Shown here: positions 18,543 to 29,385 of the stretch, one piece after another
Position numbering within the stretch: the first letter of the stretch is position 1
How the letters are laid out: every line of letters begins with the position of its first letter
Virus record (IMG/VR): IMGVR_UViG_3300035182_001709
Origin: a virus
Taxonomy: Duplodnaviria > Heunggongvirae > Uroviricota > Caudoviricetes
Strand: one strand, 5' to 3'
Length of the DNA: 64,000 nucleotides
Notes under the pieces: model-generated
What the model was told of the DNA's origin: nothing
Seen by the model: the letters and a program-made list of their open reading frames with translations, nothing else
The model's database searches: none
Translations under genes and position numbers: made by a program

Positions 18543-19214
18543 ATGGACCAGATACATCTGGTCTGGATGTTCATCCGAACATGTGAGCGTTGTCAACGAC
18601 CCTTTGAGGCCGCAGTCGCCAGCAAGCGGTTTTGCGGCCCGATGTGTTTCTCTGAGCACCGCAAGGAGTACGGCGCCAAGAACATCGAGTCTCATAAGGT
18701 CGAGCGGACGTGTCGACAGTGTGGTAGAACGTATTTTGGACGCAAGTTCATGGGTTCTGGCAATCCTATGTTCGGTCGCAAAAACAGTGAAGAAGTCCTC
18801 GACAAGTCTAGACGAACATTGTTGCAGAACCACGGCGTAACCAACGCATTCTTTCTGAGCAAGCACCGTACGGTTTCAAAAGCCCAGCAGGAAATCATCG
18901 ATCACCTATCCAGCAGCATACCTGCAGCACAGTTTGAAGGTGAGAAACTGTTCCATGGAGGCACACACAAGTACTGCATCGACATCTTCAGCGACAAAGC
19001 CAAGATGGTCGTTGAGTACAACGGCGACTACTGGCACTGCAATCCTATCAAGTACAGCGGTTCCTTCTACCATCCACTGAAGAAGAAGTACGCAGAACAG
19101 ATTTGGGCTGAAGACGCAGAACGAATGAGCGTGATGCAACAAAAGGTTGCTACACGATCACAGTGTGAGAGAGTGAGTACTATTCTGACAAGCAGAACGT
19201 GTTTCAAAGGTTAA
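18543..19214 (+). CDS. Putative free-standing endonuclease: zinc ribbon + NUMOD-like motif + Vsr/DUF559-like nuclease domain
   Basis: CERCQRPF...CGPMCF zinc ribbon; GNPMFGRKNSEEV (NUMOD3-like); VVEYNGDYWHCNP (Vsr-like GxxWH). Confidence 0.4.
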   Translation: MDQIHLVWMFIRTCERCQRPFEAAVASKRFCGPMCFSEHRKEYGAKNIESHKVERTCRQCGRTYFGRKFMGSGNPMFGRKNSEEVLDKSRRTLLQNHGVTNAFFLSKHRTVSKAQQEIIDHLSSSIPAAQFEGEKLFHGGTHKYCIDIFSDKAKMVVEYNGDYWHCNPIKYSGSFYHPLKKKYAEQIWAEDAERMSVMQQKVATRSQCERVSTILTSRTCFKG

Positions 19215-19244
19215 CTGAGACAGCACTTTCGTGCAGCAAAAGAG

Positions 19245-20498
19245 ATGCAAGTGGTTGAAAAGAAAAAGATTTTGATGCTAAGTGACCATCCTCTTAGCAC
19301 AAGTGGCGTCGGCACGCAAGCCCGCTGGTTGATCAATGGACTGATCGGAACCGGCAAGTACAGCTTTCGCGTCTTCGGCGGCGCCATTCGTCACGAGAAC
19401 TACGACGAGATCGCTGTCAGTGAGGACTTCATCATCAAGCCGACTAACGGCTTTGGTGACAAGAATCTCCTTCGCAAGGCCCTGGTTCAGGTGAAGCCAG
19501 ACGCCTTGTTGCTTTTCACCGACCCACGGTTCTTCATCTGGGTCTGGGAGATGGAAGACGAGGTTCACCAGATCTGTCCGATCACCTACAATCACCTGTG
19601 GGACAATCCGCCTTGGCCTGAGTTCAACAGAACGCTGTACGACAGCACCGACTTGATTAACTGCATCAACTACCCAACGTACGAGATGGTCAGCAAGCGA
19701 TTTCCGGAGAAGACCAACTACATTCCACATGGAGTGCCCAAGGATCTATTCCGCCCGCTGCCGCCCGCGGATGTTGCGCGGTTCAAGAAGTCGTTGTTGG
19801 GCCCGGCCCGCGAGGACCACTTCATTGTGTTGTTTGTCTCCAGAAACGCCCGCCGCAAGATGCCGGGTGACATCCTGGTCTCCTGGCGCATGTTCATTGA
19901 ACAGCTCCGCGCTAAGTATGGTCACACCAAGGCCACGCTGGTCATGCATGCCGATCCGCTCGATCCAGAAGGTGCCAACCTGCACCATGTGCTCGACGTC
20001 CTACAGTTGAAGGAACATGTGGTCTTCTCGAAGGACAGAGTCGGGTTCCCGGAGATGGTGGGTCTCTATAACATGAGCGATGTCATCATCAATCGTTCGT
20101 GCAACGAGGGCTTCGGTCTCGGCACCCTTGAGGCCATGATGTGCGGCAAGCCGATCATTGCCTTGAAGACGGGAGGTTTGACTCGGCAGGTCGAGGACCA
20201 TGAGACTGGTGAACAGTACGGCATCGCCCTTGAGCCCGAGGTCAAGTCGCTGGTCGGCAACCAACTGGTACCCTACATTTTCGAGGATTTTGTCTCTCAT
20301 GAGACAGTTGCCAATGCATTCATGAAGATGTATGAATTGGGCCCTGAGGCTCGTGCCGAGTTGGGCCAGAAGGCATTGGCGCATGCTCACAGGGACTATG
20401 ACCTGCAGACGATCATCAATCGTTGGGACGAAACGCTGACCGACACCATTGATAATTGGCGCACACGACATAAGCGCTGGGAACACGTGGAGCTTTGA
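19245..20498 (+). CDS. GT4 glycosyltransferase
   Basis: EGFGLGTLEAMMCGKPIIALKTGG (GT4 E-x7-E motif). Confidence 0.7.
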   Translation: MQVVEKKKILMLSDHPLSTSGVGTQARWLINGLIGTGKYSFRVFGGAIRHENYDEIAVSEDFIIKPTNGFGDKNLLRKALVQVKPDALLLFTDPRFFIWVWEMEDEVHQICPITYNHLWDNPPWPEFNRTLYDSTDLINCINYPTYEMVSKRFPEKTNYIPHGVPKDLFRPLPPADVARFKKSLLGPAREDHFIVLFVSRNARRKMPGDILVSWRMFIEQLRAKYGHTKATLVMHADPLDPEGANLHHVLDVLQLKEHVVFSKDRVGFPEMVGLYNMSDVIINRSCNEGFGLGTLEAMMCGKPIIALKTGGLTRQVEDHETGEQYGIALEPEVKSLVGNQLVPYIFEDFVSHETVANAFMKMYELGPEARAELGQKALAHAHRDYDLQTIINRWDETLTDTIDNWRTRHKRWEHVEL

Positions 20499-20503
20499 TC
20501 AGA

Positions 20504-21663
20504 TGAAGACTGTGATTCTTCGGGGTCCAACGTTGACCCAATCAGGATACGGCGTTCACGCTCGCCAGGTTGCACGTTGGTTGCTCGACAAGCCCGGTAT
20601 CGATGTCAAATTTCACTTGCTGCCTTGGGGTGACACGCCTTGGTTGCTCGACAGCAACGCACATGAAGGTCTGGTGGGCGAAGTGATGAAGCGCTCGGTC
20701 GGCCCTGACGCCCATAGTGACGTGTCATTTCAGCTGCAGTTGCCCAATGAGTGGGACCCAAAGGTTGCTGCTTGGAACGTAGGCATGACAGCCGGTGTCG
20801 AGACAGATCGCTGCAACCCATCGTGGATTGAATACTGCAACAGGATGTCACAGATCATCGTTCCAAGTCAGCACGTGTTGGCCAACCTGACAAGCACGGG
20901 CAAGGTGTCGACGCCCATCGCAGTGGTTCCTGAGTCGTTCGTTGATTCGGTGCTGTTGGACGACGACAAGCTGCCTAAGTTGCCCGAGTTCTCAACCAAG
21001 TTCAACTTCTTGGTTTTTGGTCAGTTGACGGGTAACAACCCGTTCAACGATCGCAAGAACACCTTCTTCACCCTGAAATGGCTGTGTGAAGCATTCAAGG
21101 ATGACAAGGACGTGGGCATCGTCATCAAGACCAACGCCGGGCGTAATACAAAGATCGACAGGAACATCATCAAGAATGTCCTGTCGGGCGTCCTGGCTGA
21201 GGCTCGCAAGGGTCCGTATCCCAAGGTTCACCTGCTTCACGGTGACATGGATGACCTTGAGGTAGCAGCGTTGTACCGTCACCCACAGATCAAGGGCCTG
21301 GTCACCTTGACGCGGGGCGAAGGCTATGGATTGCCGATCCTCGAGGCAGCTGCCAGTGGCCTACCAGTCATCGCAACCGGATGGTCAGGGCACCTCGATT
21401 TTATGAAGCTGGGCAAGTACGTTAGCATCTACTATCAACTCGGTGAGGTACACCCGTCCAGGATCGATGGCCAGATCTTCGTGAAGGGCTCCAAGTGGGC
21501 CAATCCTTCCGAGGAGGACTTCAAGAAGCGAATCGTCAAGTTTCGCAACTCTCATACCATCCCGAAGGAGTGGGCCGACGAGCTAGCCACTCGCCTGCGA
21601 GGACACTTCAGTTTCCCGGAGATCGCCAAACAATATGACGAACTCCTGAAAGACGTGCTCTGA
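20504..21663 (+). CDS. GT4 glycosyltransferase
   Basis: LTRGEGYGLPILEAAASGLPVIATGWSGHLDF. Confidence 0.65.
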
Positions 21664-21971
21664 TGATTACGACGATTGTCATACTGTCGCTGCTCTGTCT
21701 GACACTTGCGTTCTTCATCTACGTTAGCGTAAAGAGGAACCTCGAGTACCAAGACAAGATGCAGGAAATCGTCGATCAGACAGAGGTAGCGCTTGACGTG
21801 TTGAACACGTGCTATCAACGAGCGGCCGCACGGGCAGAGCTCGAGGTCATGAGCGACGAACCCGTCGTCCGTGAGCTCGTGCAGGACATCAAAATGTCCC
21901 GTGACGCCATACTGCTTGTTGCAAACTTGATTGTCGAGCCGATTCAGGACGACGAGGAAGGCAACAAATAG
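21663..21971 (+). CDS. Small membrane protein (N-terminal TM helix); ends with TAG abutting the ATG of the next, same-frame gene
   Basis: MITTIVILSLLCLTLAFFIYV hydrophobic segment. Confidence 0.4.
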   Translation: MITTIVILSLLCLTLAFFIYVSVKRNLEYQDKMQEIVDQTEVALDVLNTCYQRAAARAELEVMSDEPVVRELVQDIKMSRDAILLVANLIVEPIQDDEEGNK

Positions 21972-22784
21972 ATGGCCGCCCGCAAAAAGACGACCCAGAA
22001 ATCACCCGCAAAGAAGGCAGCACTCGCCGCAATCGTCCCATCTTCTCCCCCTGAGAAGGAAGAGCCCAAGACGGAGGAACAGAAGAAGGCTGCGAAGCAG
22101 TCGAGGATGTACTTCAATCAAAATACGCAGGCCGCGATCTGCGCCTACCAGAAGGAAACTGACAGGAAGGAACGCGAGAGGCTCTACGTCAATGAAATCA
22201 TGCCAGCGTTTGAGAAGTTGACAGAGAACCTGATCAACATTCACAAGTTCACCAGCCTGCACGACACCTACGATGATTTGAAGAACGACTGCGTCAACTT
22301 CCTCTTTGAGACGATTCACAAGTTCGACGGCACGCGAGGGACCAACGCTTTTTCGTACTTCAACGTGGTCGCCAAGAACTGGTTGATCATCAGGACAAAG
22401 CAGAAGGCACAGCGCGTCAAGCGTTCGGTGTCGCTGGACGATCCCAACTCGCTGAATGCTCATGAGTTCAACATCGTCGAAGAGCACAACATGGTCCCGT
22501 CTGCTGAGATGATCATGGAGAATGAGACCAGCGCAGCTGGCGTCCTGAAGATGTTGTACGAAATCAGGACCCGCGTCAAGACAGAGAATGAGCTGGCGTG
22601 CATCAACTCCATCATCACCATCTTCGAAAACGTTGATGATGTTGACTTGTTGAGCAAGAGTGCCATCCTGCTCTACATGCGTGAACTGTCGGGCCTGAGT
22701 CCTAAGCAGTTGACAACGACGATGCAGATGGTCAAGAAGCACTATCGCAAGTTGAAGGGCGACGCTAAGTTTCGCCTGTTCTGA
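21972..22784 (+). CDS. gp55-like late-transcription sigma factor with a Lys/Pro-rich N-terminal extension
   Basis: KFDGTRGTNAFSYFNVVAKNWLIIRTKQKAQ parallels T4 gp55 region 2 (..[20 protein letters not shown]..). Confidence 0.5.
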   Translation: MAARKKTTQKSPAKKAALAAIVPSSPPEKEEPKTEEQKKAAKQSRMYFNQNTQAAICAYQKETDRKERERLYVNEIMPAFEKLTENLINIHKFTSLHDTYDDLKNDCVNFLFETIHKFDGTRGTNAFSYFNVVAKNWLIIRTKQKAQRVKRSVSLDDPNSLNAHEFNIVEEHNMVPSAEMIMENETSAAGVLKMLYEIRTRVKTENELACINSIITIFENVDDVDLLSKSAILLYMRELSGLSPKQLTTTMQMVKKHYRKLKGDAKFRLF

Positions 22785-22792
22785 GGAAGATC

Positions 22793-23170
22793 ATGGCGGT
22801 CGAAGAAAAGAATGATCTGGTTGAAGTCGAGGATCGCACCGTCGAGGAGCGCATTAAGGACTTTTCTGGCCTACTCAACCAGATCGAAAGCCTAAACGAC
22901 AAGAAGCGCAAGCTGTGGTTGGAGATCTACGAGAATGCAATCTCAGATCGCCAGAACTCCTACGCCATGTTCGCTCGCCTGGTCAAAATCGTGTCGGACA
23001 AGAGTTCCGAACACGCCGTTCACGGTAAGACAATCGCCACCTATATCGAACGCATGAGCAAGGCTAACGATCAACTCATCAAGCTGGCGGAGTTGATTGC
23101 CAAGGCTGAACGTGCTGATGAAGAGATCGATCCTGAAGATATGTTCGAGCGCATCAAGAAGGGTGGCTGA
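22793..23170 (+). CDS. Hypothetical coiled-coil protein (baseplate-module associated)
   Basis: ORF immediately upstream of the hub gene. Confidence 0.35.
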   Translation: MAVEEKNDLVEVEDRTVEERIKDFSGLLNQIESLNDKKRKLWLEIYENAISDRQNSYAMFARLVKIVSDKSSEHAVHGKTIATYIERMSKANDQLIKLAELIAKAERADEEIDPEDMFERIKKGG

Positions 23171-23199
23171 ACGCACTGGGTCGATTAGGTACGTAGGAC

Positions 23200-24654
23200 A
23201 TGACAGACTATGCCAAGCTAACGAAGCACATCGTCGAGGGCGAAGCCGGCCGCATCATGCGGGACCGGTCGGCCCTGGAACACGGCACACACGCTCAGTT
23301 TCCAGCGTTCTATCGCTATGTTGTCCTGGACGTGGTCTTCGACCCAACGATCATTGACAAGGCTAAGCTCGACTTCTGGGAGCACGGCATCGGCGTCGCC
23401 AACATGGAGTACGCTGCCGTGCTACCGCGCAATGCCATCATCGCTCAACGGATACTGGACGGAGCCACCGAGGCACCCGTCTTTCTGTTTCCATTCTTCT
23501 CGAGTCACTTGGCAATGCCATGTAAACCAGGTGAACACGTTTGGGTGATGTACGAGGCTCCGGGAACCGTTGAGACCTCATTGGGTTACTGGTTTTGCAA
23601 GATCACCGAGTTGGGTCACGTTGACGATGTCAACCACACTCATGGGCCGCGGGCCTGGGACCCATCATTTACGCCCAAGATCAAAGACGTCTTTGACGGA
23701 ACTGCCGAGGCCAAGTACGAGTTCCGCAACGGCCGCGTCGATATCCAAGAAGGCGAGCGTTACACCGTGGCCAGCAGCCACGTGGTGCCCAGTGATGACG
23801 AGGCGATCTACGAAAAATTGTTGACAAACTCAGATGGTAGCCAGGTGATGAAATACGAGGCAATTCCCAGGTACCGTAAGAGGCCCGGGGACCTTGCTTT
23901 TGAGGGTAGCAACAATACGTTGATCGTCCTGGGCACTGACCGCGTGGGACCCGCTGCCGACCTGACGAGGCCCGCTGATCCAAAGAAGGGGACGGTGCCC
24001 GCTAAGCTTGACTCTGACATGGACGGCGATGCAGGCATGATCGACCTGGTCGCTGGCCGTGGACAGACAGACGACACGCGAGGCAAGGAGGTCACCAACA
24101 AGAAACTCGACAAGTCAGACTTCAATAAGGAGTTGGGCAAATCAGGCGCGGAGCTCTCTGAAAAGGAGGGCGACCCGGACCTCAAGAACGACCGCTCTCG
24201 GGTCCTCATTGTCCAGCGCACCATGATCGACAAGAACATTGGACTCGATGGCTACAATGCCAGCAACTTTCCAGACGTCAAGGATCCGAGCAAGGGTGCC
24301 GGCGCCGTGTTGATTCGCACCGACAAGGTCAGGATCGTGGCTCGAATGGACGTCGAAATTCTCGTCTCGGGCTACGAGACCGACGCAAGAGGCAATGCCA
24401 AGGCGCTGAACGACCCTGACAACTATGCCGCCATCGTGATCAGAAGCAACGGAGACATCATCCACAGGCCTTCGAAGAAGGGCTACGTCAAGTTGGGCGG
24501 CGATGATGCGAATCTTGCGGTCCTGTGTCAGGACAGTCCGACGCCCATCGACGGCCAAGTGTCCGCGATTCCAATCACGGACTCCATGGGTGGGCAGCAG
24601 GGAACAGGCGCGCCAGGTCAAGGCCAATACGCCAAGAAAGTTTTGATGAAATGA
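23200..24654 (+). CDS. Baseplate hub/central spike protein, gp5/VgrG-like OB-fold N-domain (no lysozyme domain seen)
   Basis: RYVVLDVVFDP...PGEHVWVMYEAPG...GYWFCKI resembles the gp5 N-terminal OB fold (VGVVEDVMDP...GDEVLVAFE...GSLW). Confidence 0.5.
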   Translation: MTDYAKLTKHIVEGEAGRIMRDRSALEHGTHAQFPAFYRYVVLDVVFDPTIIDKAKLDFWEHGIGVANMEYAAVLPRNAIIAQRILDGATEAPVFLFPFFSSHLAMPCKPGEHVWVMYEAPGTVETSLGYWFCKITELGHVDDVNHTHGPRAWDPSFTPKIKDVFDGTAEAKYEFRNGRVDIQEGERYTVASSHVVPSDDEAIYEKLLTNSDGSQVMKYEAIPRYRKRPGDLAFEGSNNTLIVLGTDRVGPAADLTRPADPKKGTVPAKLDSDMDGDAGMIDLVAGRGQTDDTRGKEVTNKKLDKSDFNKELGKSGAELSEKEGDPDLKNDRSRVLIVQRTMIDKNIGLDGYNASNFPDVKDPSKGAGAVLIRTDKVRIVARMDVEILVSGYETDARGNAKALNDPDNYAAIVIRSNGDIIHRPSKKGYVKLGGDDANLAVLCQDSPTPIDGQVSAIPITDSMGGQQGTGAPGQGQYAKKVLMK

Positions 24655-25490
24655 AGTCACAGGAAGCGGCAGGCATCCTCGACGCAAAGGAAAAACTGAC
24701 GCAATCTGCAAAGGACTCCTTCATCAAGGAGGTCAAGAGCATTCTCGTCAATGGCGTCACTGGCATCGATGATGGCAAGTTGCTGTGTTTTGAAGTGCCA
24801 CCCACGCCTGGATCTGACTCGATTCCTCTCGAAGATGCCTCGAAGTTCCCAGAGTTCCACCGATACGTCTTCAACCTCTACGAGTCGATCGCAAGAGGCC
24901 TGAACCTTGATAGCGACTTCAAGTTTCTACCCGTCGTTGATCCGATCGCGCTCGGCCTCAAGCTGGGAATCGACTTTGACATTGACGTGTCACTGCCTCC
25001 CGATATTCCAGCATGGTCGCCCAAGATCGCTGCTAAACTAGCCCTTCCAGAAATCGTGGCAAAGTTGCCCTCGCTGGACATCCAGTTCCCGCCTCCGGTG
25101 TCGCCTGCTATCCCGATGCCAAAGTTCGAGCTGCCTCAGATTGATGATTCCAGGCTATCGTTTACCCTGACGGCGGTGTTCGACCTTGTCCCGAAGCTGC
25201 CCGAAGTCTTCCTGAATTTCACGCTTAGTATTCCGACGGCCATCCTACAATTTCCCAAGATGGGACTCTGCAAGGCATTTACCGACGCATTGGGCCCGCT
25301 CGTCCTGGGTAATCCGGCCTTCAAGCTGACGCCCATGCCGACAATGATGGCAACTGTTGCGTTGGTTCTACTGCGTAAGACTGCAAATTGCATCGTCTAT
25401 GCCGCCATCGGATCAACATTGGGTGCTGCGCCCGGTGGGATGGTGGGTGCCGTGGCTCGGTCAAACGGAGAGACGCCTCCGGCGGCTTGA
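24651..25490 (+). CDS. Baseplate/structural protein (Pro-rich repeats)
   Basis: ATGAAATGA overlap with the hub gene; lies between the gp5-like and gp25-like genes. Confidence 0.4.
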   Translation: MKSQEAAGILDAKEKLTQSAKDSFIKEVKSILVNGVTGIDDGKLLCFEVPPTPGSDSIPLEDASKFPEFHRYVFNLYESIARGLNLDSDFKFLPVVDPIALGLKLGIDFDIDVSLPPDIPAWSPKIAAKLALPEIVAKLPSLDIQFPPPVSPAIPMPKFELPQIDDSRLSFTLTAVFDLVPKLPEVFLNFTLSIPTAILQFPKMGLCKAFTDALGPLVLGNPAFKLTPMPTMMATVALVLLRKTANCIVYAAIGSTLGAAPGGMVGAVARSNGETPPAA

Positions 25491-25506
25491 GGATGGTAGA
25501 TAGATC

Positions 25507-25980
25507 ATGGCCGTGTATTCATTCAAGAGCTCTGGCAAGACGCAAGAGCAAAAGCTCGTCGAGACACTCGAGAGCAGCAAGACGCCCATTGGCATCCGAA
25601 CGCCTCTACAATTGAACGAAGGCGACGGGACCGAGATCGTGGCCACCTACGACAATCTGGCTGACACTGTACACGATAACCTGCGCAACCTGTTGTTGAC
25701 CAACTGGGGCGAGCGCTTGGGCCTCTACGATTTTGGTGGGAACTTGCGACCTCTGATGGCAGAGTTCGTCTCACTCGATGATTTCGACGGCAAGGCGATT
25801 GACAGAATCTCCAACGCGGTCTCGCGGTGGATGCCCTACGTCTCCCTCGAGAACTACCTGTCCAACACGGATCGCACTGACAACAAGAACACTGCTCACG
25901 TTAACATCAAGATCACCTACAGCGTCCCAACGTTGAACATCGTCAATAAACTGCTTGAGATCAATCTCTACGCGATGTGA
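25507..25980 (+). CDS. Baseplate wedge protein gp25/GPW family
   Basis: 157 aa; GPW/gp25-like fold sequence; directly precedes the gp6-like gene as in T4-like phages. Confidence 0.6.
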   Translation: MAVYSFKSSGKTQEQKLVETLESSKTPIGIRTPLQLNEGDGTEIVATYDNLADTVHDNLRNLLLTNWGERLGLYDFGGNLRPLMAEFVSLDDFDGKAIDRISNAVSRWMPYVSLENYLSNTDRTDNKNTAHVNIKITYSVPTLNIVNKLLEINLYAM

Positions 25981-26029
25981 GCGGTAGCCCACGCGTTAGG
26001 ATACGATACTTACGGTTGACGGTGAACCA

Positions 26030-27871
26030 ATGGCGCTAAAGCGTGACGACATCGTGCCTGTCAGGCAACGGAAGTATTTGGGCAAAGACTTTGACAGTCT
26101 GCGCGCGCAGCTGTTGGAGTACGCTCGGTTGTACTACCCTGACAGGTTGCGTGACTTTTCAGAGGCGTCACTGGGTGGCTTGTTCCTTGACATGGCGGCC
26201 TACGTGGGCGACAACATGTCGTTCTACCTCGATCACCAGTACTCGGAACTGAATCCCGAGACTGCAGTCGAGACAAACAACATTCAGCGTCACCTCAGAA
26301 CAGCAGGCGTCCCGATCACTGGAGCAGCACCCGCGTTGGTTCCTGTCACAGTCTATATCCAGGTTCCGGCTGCCGCCATCGGCAACTCAATCGGCCCGCG
26401 GCCCGACTGCATCCCGGTGATGCAGATGAACACGATCTTCACCGCTGATAACGGAACTGAGTTCATCCTCCTCGAGGACATCGACTTCGGCGCGCGACGC
26501 GCCGATGGATCACTCAAGGCCACCGTCAAAGTGGGAAACAAGTCTCCGGCCGGCGTGCCTCGAACTTTCATCATGGCCCAAACAGGCCTCTGCGTTTCAG
26601 GCAAGGTTGGACAGGACGCCTTTCCGATCAGTCAAGCGTTTGTCCCGTTTAGGCAGTTGACGTTGAGCAACGCTAACGTCACTGACATTATCAACGTCAC
26701 AGACACGCTGGGCAACATCTACTACCAGGTCTCGGCCCTGAGCCACGATGTCGTTTACCGCAACGTCCTGAACACCGCCAGTGACAATGACATCGTACCA
26801 GAATCGATCAAGGTCATTCCGGCGCCTTACAGGTACACCTCTGACGTCGATTTGGCAACACGGCGCACAGTGCTAACGTTCGGCGGCGGCAGCGCTGACA
26901 GTCTAGAAGACGACGTCATTCCCGATCCCTCAGAGTTTGCGATCTCGTTTCCGTACTCTCGCACCTTCTCGCGGATTTCAGTCAATCCGCAGCAGTTGCT
27001 GCAGACCAAAACTCTGGGCGTGGCTGCTGTCAACACGACAGTGACCGTCGACTATCGCTACGGCGGCGGCCTGAATCACAACGTCTCTGCAGGTAGCATC
27101 AAGACGATCAAGATCGCCAACCTCTTTTTTCCCGGCAATCCGCCTGCTGCCATCGCGGCGCAGGTCCGCAACACGATGGAGTGTGCCAACCTGATCCAAG
27201 CATCTGGCGGTGAGGACGCGCCCTCGGCGGACGACCTGAAGGCCTTGATCCCGTCGGTCAGGAACAGCCAAGAGCGCATCGTTTCCCGTGAGGATCTGGT
27301 CGCTCGAGTCTACACGATTCCATCCAACTTCGGTCGCGTCTTTCGCGCATCTGTCAAGTCGAATTCGAACAACCCACTGGCCACGCAGCTGTTCATCGTC
27401 TCGCGGTCACCAGAACAGAAGCTAATCACGTCGCCTGACACTCTGAAGACCAACCTGCAGAAGTATTTGAATCCCTACAGGATGATCTCAGACGCCATCG
27501 ACATCCTGGATGCTCGGATCATCAACTTGACGTTGGACTTTGAGGTCGTCGTTGATCCTGCCTTGAACAAGAGCACGGTGCTGCAAAACGTCCTGACCAA
27601 GTTGCAGTCGACGTTCAACATCAAGAACTACCACATCGATCAGCCTTTGATCGTCTCTGACATCGTCAACACGATCTTCTCGGTTTCTGGCATCGTTGCG
27701 GTCGACCGCGTGCAGTTCAACAGCATCACGGGCACCGTCAACAACCGAACTTACAGCAACGACACCTTTGACGTGGCCAGCAACACGGTTAGGGGAATCA
27801 TTTTGCCGCCTCCTGGCGGAATCTTCGAGGTACGTTACCCCGAAGTCGACATTCTGGGTAAGGTGGTCTGA
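26030..27871 (+). CDS. Baseplate wedge protein gp6 (Baseplate_J family)
   Basis: 613 aa; position and size match gp6; Baseplate_J-like N-terminus. Confidence 0.55.
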   Translation: MALKRDDIVPVRQRKYLGKDFDSLRAQLLEYARLYYPDRLRDFSEASLGGLFLDMAAYVGDNMSFYLDHQYSELNPETAVETNNIQRHLRTAGVPITGAAPALVPVTVYIQVPAAAIGNSIGPRPDCIPVMQMNTIFTADNGTEFILLEDIDFGARRADGSLKATVKVGNKSPAGVPRTFIMAQTGLCVSGKVGQDAFPISQAFVPFRQLTLSNANVTDIINVTDTLGNIYYQVSALSHDVVYRNVLNTASDNDIVPESIKVIPAPYRYTSDVDLATRRTVLTFGGGSADSLEDDVIPDPSEFAISFPYSRTFSRISVNPQQLLQTKTLGVAAVNTTVTVDYRYGGGLNHNVSAGSIKTIKIANLFFPGNPPAAIAAQVRNTMECANLIQASGGEDAPSADDLKALIPSVRNSQERIVSREDLVARVYTIPSNFGRVFRASVKSNSNNPLATQLFIVSRSPEQKLITSPDTLKTNLQKYLNPYRMISDAIDILDARIINLTLDFEVVVDPALNKSTVLQNVLTKLQSTFNIKNYHIDQPLIVSDIVNTIFSVSGIVAVDRVQFNSITGTVNNRTYSNDTFDVASNTVRGIILPPPGGIFEVRYPEVDILGKVV

Positions 27872-29370
27872 TGTTCAAGTCACTGCGCGCTGACAAAGAT
27901 GCCTACATCAATGATCGCGTGGTCAAGGGTGTTCGGGCCTACGGGTCAAACACTGGCATCGCTGGCACCCTCGATGTCTTCAAGCTGTATGGCGCGACCT
28001 CGTCAGGCAGCGTTCCCAATACAGAGTTGTCGAGGTTGCTGGTTCACTTCGACCTGACGGCCCTCAAACAGGCCGTCACCGCAGGTTCAATTGATCCAAC
28101 TGACAGCAGCTTTTGGGCCAAACTTCACCTGTTCGACGTTTACGGTGGCCAACCGACGCCCGACAACTTCACCTTGTCGGTAACACCGTTGTCGCAGTCG
28201 TTTGATGAAGGTCGTGGCAAAGACGTGGTCTACTACAGTGACTACGACGAATGTAACTTCTTGACAGCCTCACGCGGTAACCCATGGTTGGGAGCTGGTT
28301 GCACAGCCTCTGGTACGCTGCCCGGACCCTGTGACTACTTCACAGATCTCGAGGCCACACAGTCATTCGTCACGGGCGAAGAGGACCTGCTGGTCGACGT
28401 CACTCCTATCATCAAAGGTATCCTGTCGGGAACAGTTCCAGATGCTGGATTCCGCATCGCATTCACTGCAGCCGAAGAAAATGATGAATACACCCGCTTC
28501 GTCAAGAGGTTTGCTTCACGGCACGCCTACGACGACTCGAAGCGGCCGCGGCTACTTGTAGGATTCGATGACTCAATCCGCGATGATTCCGAGGGATTGA
28601 CGTTGGATTCTAACAGCAACCTGTTCATGTGGAACTATGACAAGGGAAGGCCTGCCAACCTGATGTCAGGCAGCTCACCGGTCACTGGCTCCAATTGTCT
28701 GATCGTGAAGCTGCAACTGCCCGTCTCGGGCGGCGTCTATGAGCTGGTGTTCACGGGCAGCCAACACAGTGCTGGCGTAAATCCTGTTGTCGGTGAGTAT
28801 GATGTCAACGTCTTCATCCCATCATCAGATCCTGTAATCGCAGCGGCGATGGTTGCCTCTGGCTCGAGCATCAACTTGACACCGATCTGGGGTTCACTCG
28901 ATGGCACGCTGGCGTTCTTGACTGCATCATCTGCCATCACAGTCTATCCACCTACGCGTGGTTCGAGAAACCTGGCACCCAAACACTTTGTCGTCACTGT
29001 CAACGGTTTGAACTCTGAGCACGATGCAGACGAGATCGTGGCCTGCCGCGTCAACCTGTTCGACTACACCTCTCCTCGCATCACAGCGGTCAAGATTCCA
29101 GTCGAATCGCCTGGTGGTCTGCAGGGCGTGGCCTCCGATGCCTTCTATTCAGTTCGCGATGTTGCAACTGACAGGGTCGTCATCCCGTACGATACTTCAA
29201 AGGGATCGACGCGGTTGTCGTCCGACGGTTCTGGCATGTACTTCGCACTGGACATGAGCAATCTGGACCCTGGGCGCAGCTACGTCGTCGACGTCATGGT
29301 CATCGTGGGAGGCACGCAGCAGCGGCACCCAGCAGCGTCCGGAGTTTTCAAAGTCAACCCAGTACAGTAA
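27871..29370 (+). CDS. Baseplate/tail structural protein
   Basis: 499-aa ORF in the structural operon; ATGA overlap. Confidence 0.4.
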   Translation: MFKSLRADKDAYINDRVVKGVRAYGSNTGIAGTLDVFKLYGATSSGSVPNTELSRLLVHFDLTALKQAVTAGSIDPTDSSFWAKLHLFDVYGGQPTPDNFTLSVTPLSQSFDEGRGKDVVYYSDYDECNFLTASRGNPWLGAGCTASGTLPGPCDYFTDLEATQSFVTGEEDLLVDVTPIIKGILSGTVPDAGFRIAFTAAEENDEYTRFVKRFASRHAYDDSKRPRLLVGFDDSIRDDSEGLTLDSNSNLFMWNYDKGRPANLMSGSSPVTGSNCLIVKLQLPVSGGVYELVFTGSQHSAGVNPVVGEYDVNVFIPSSDPVIAAAMVASGSSINLTPIWGSLDGTLAFLTASSAITVYPPTRGSRNLAPKHFVVTVNGLNSEHDADEIVACRVNLFDYTSPRITAVKIPVESPGGLQGVASDAFYSVRDVATDRVVIPYDTSKGSTRLSSDGSGMYFALDMSNLDPGRSYVVDVMVIVGGTQQRHPAASGVFKVNPVQ

Positions 29371-29385
29371 GTTCGAGTCGCCAGC

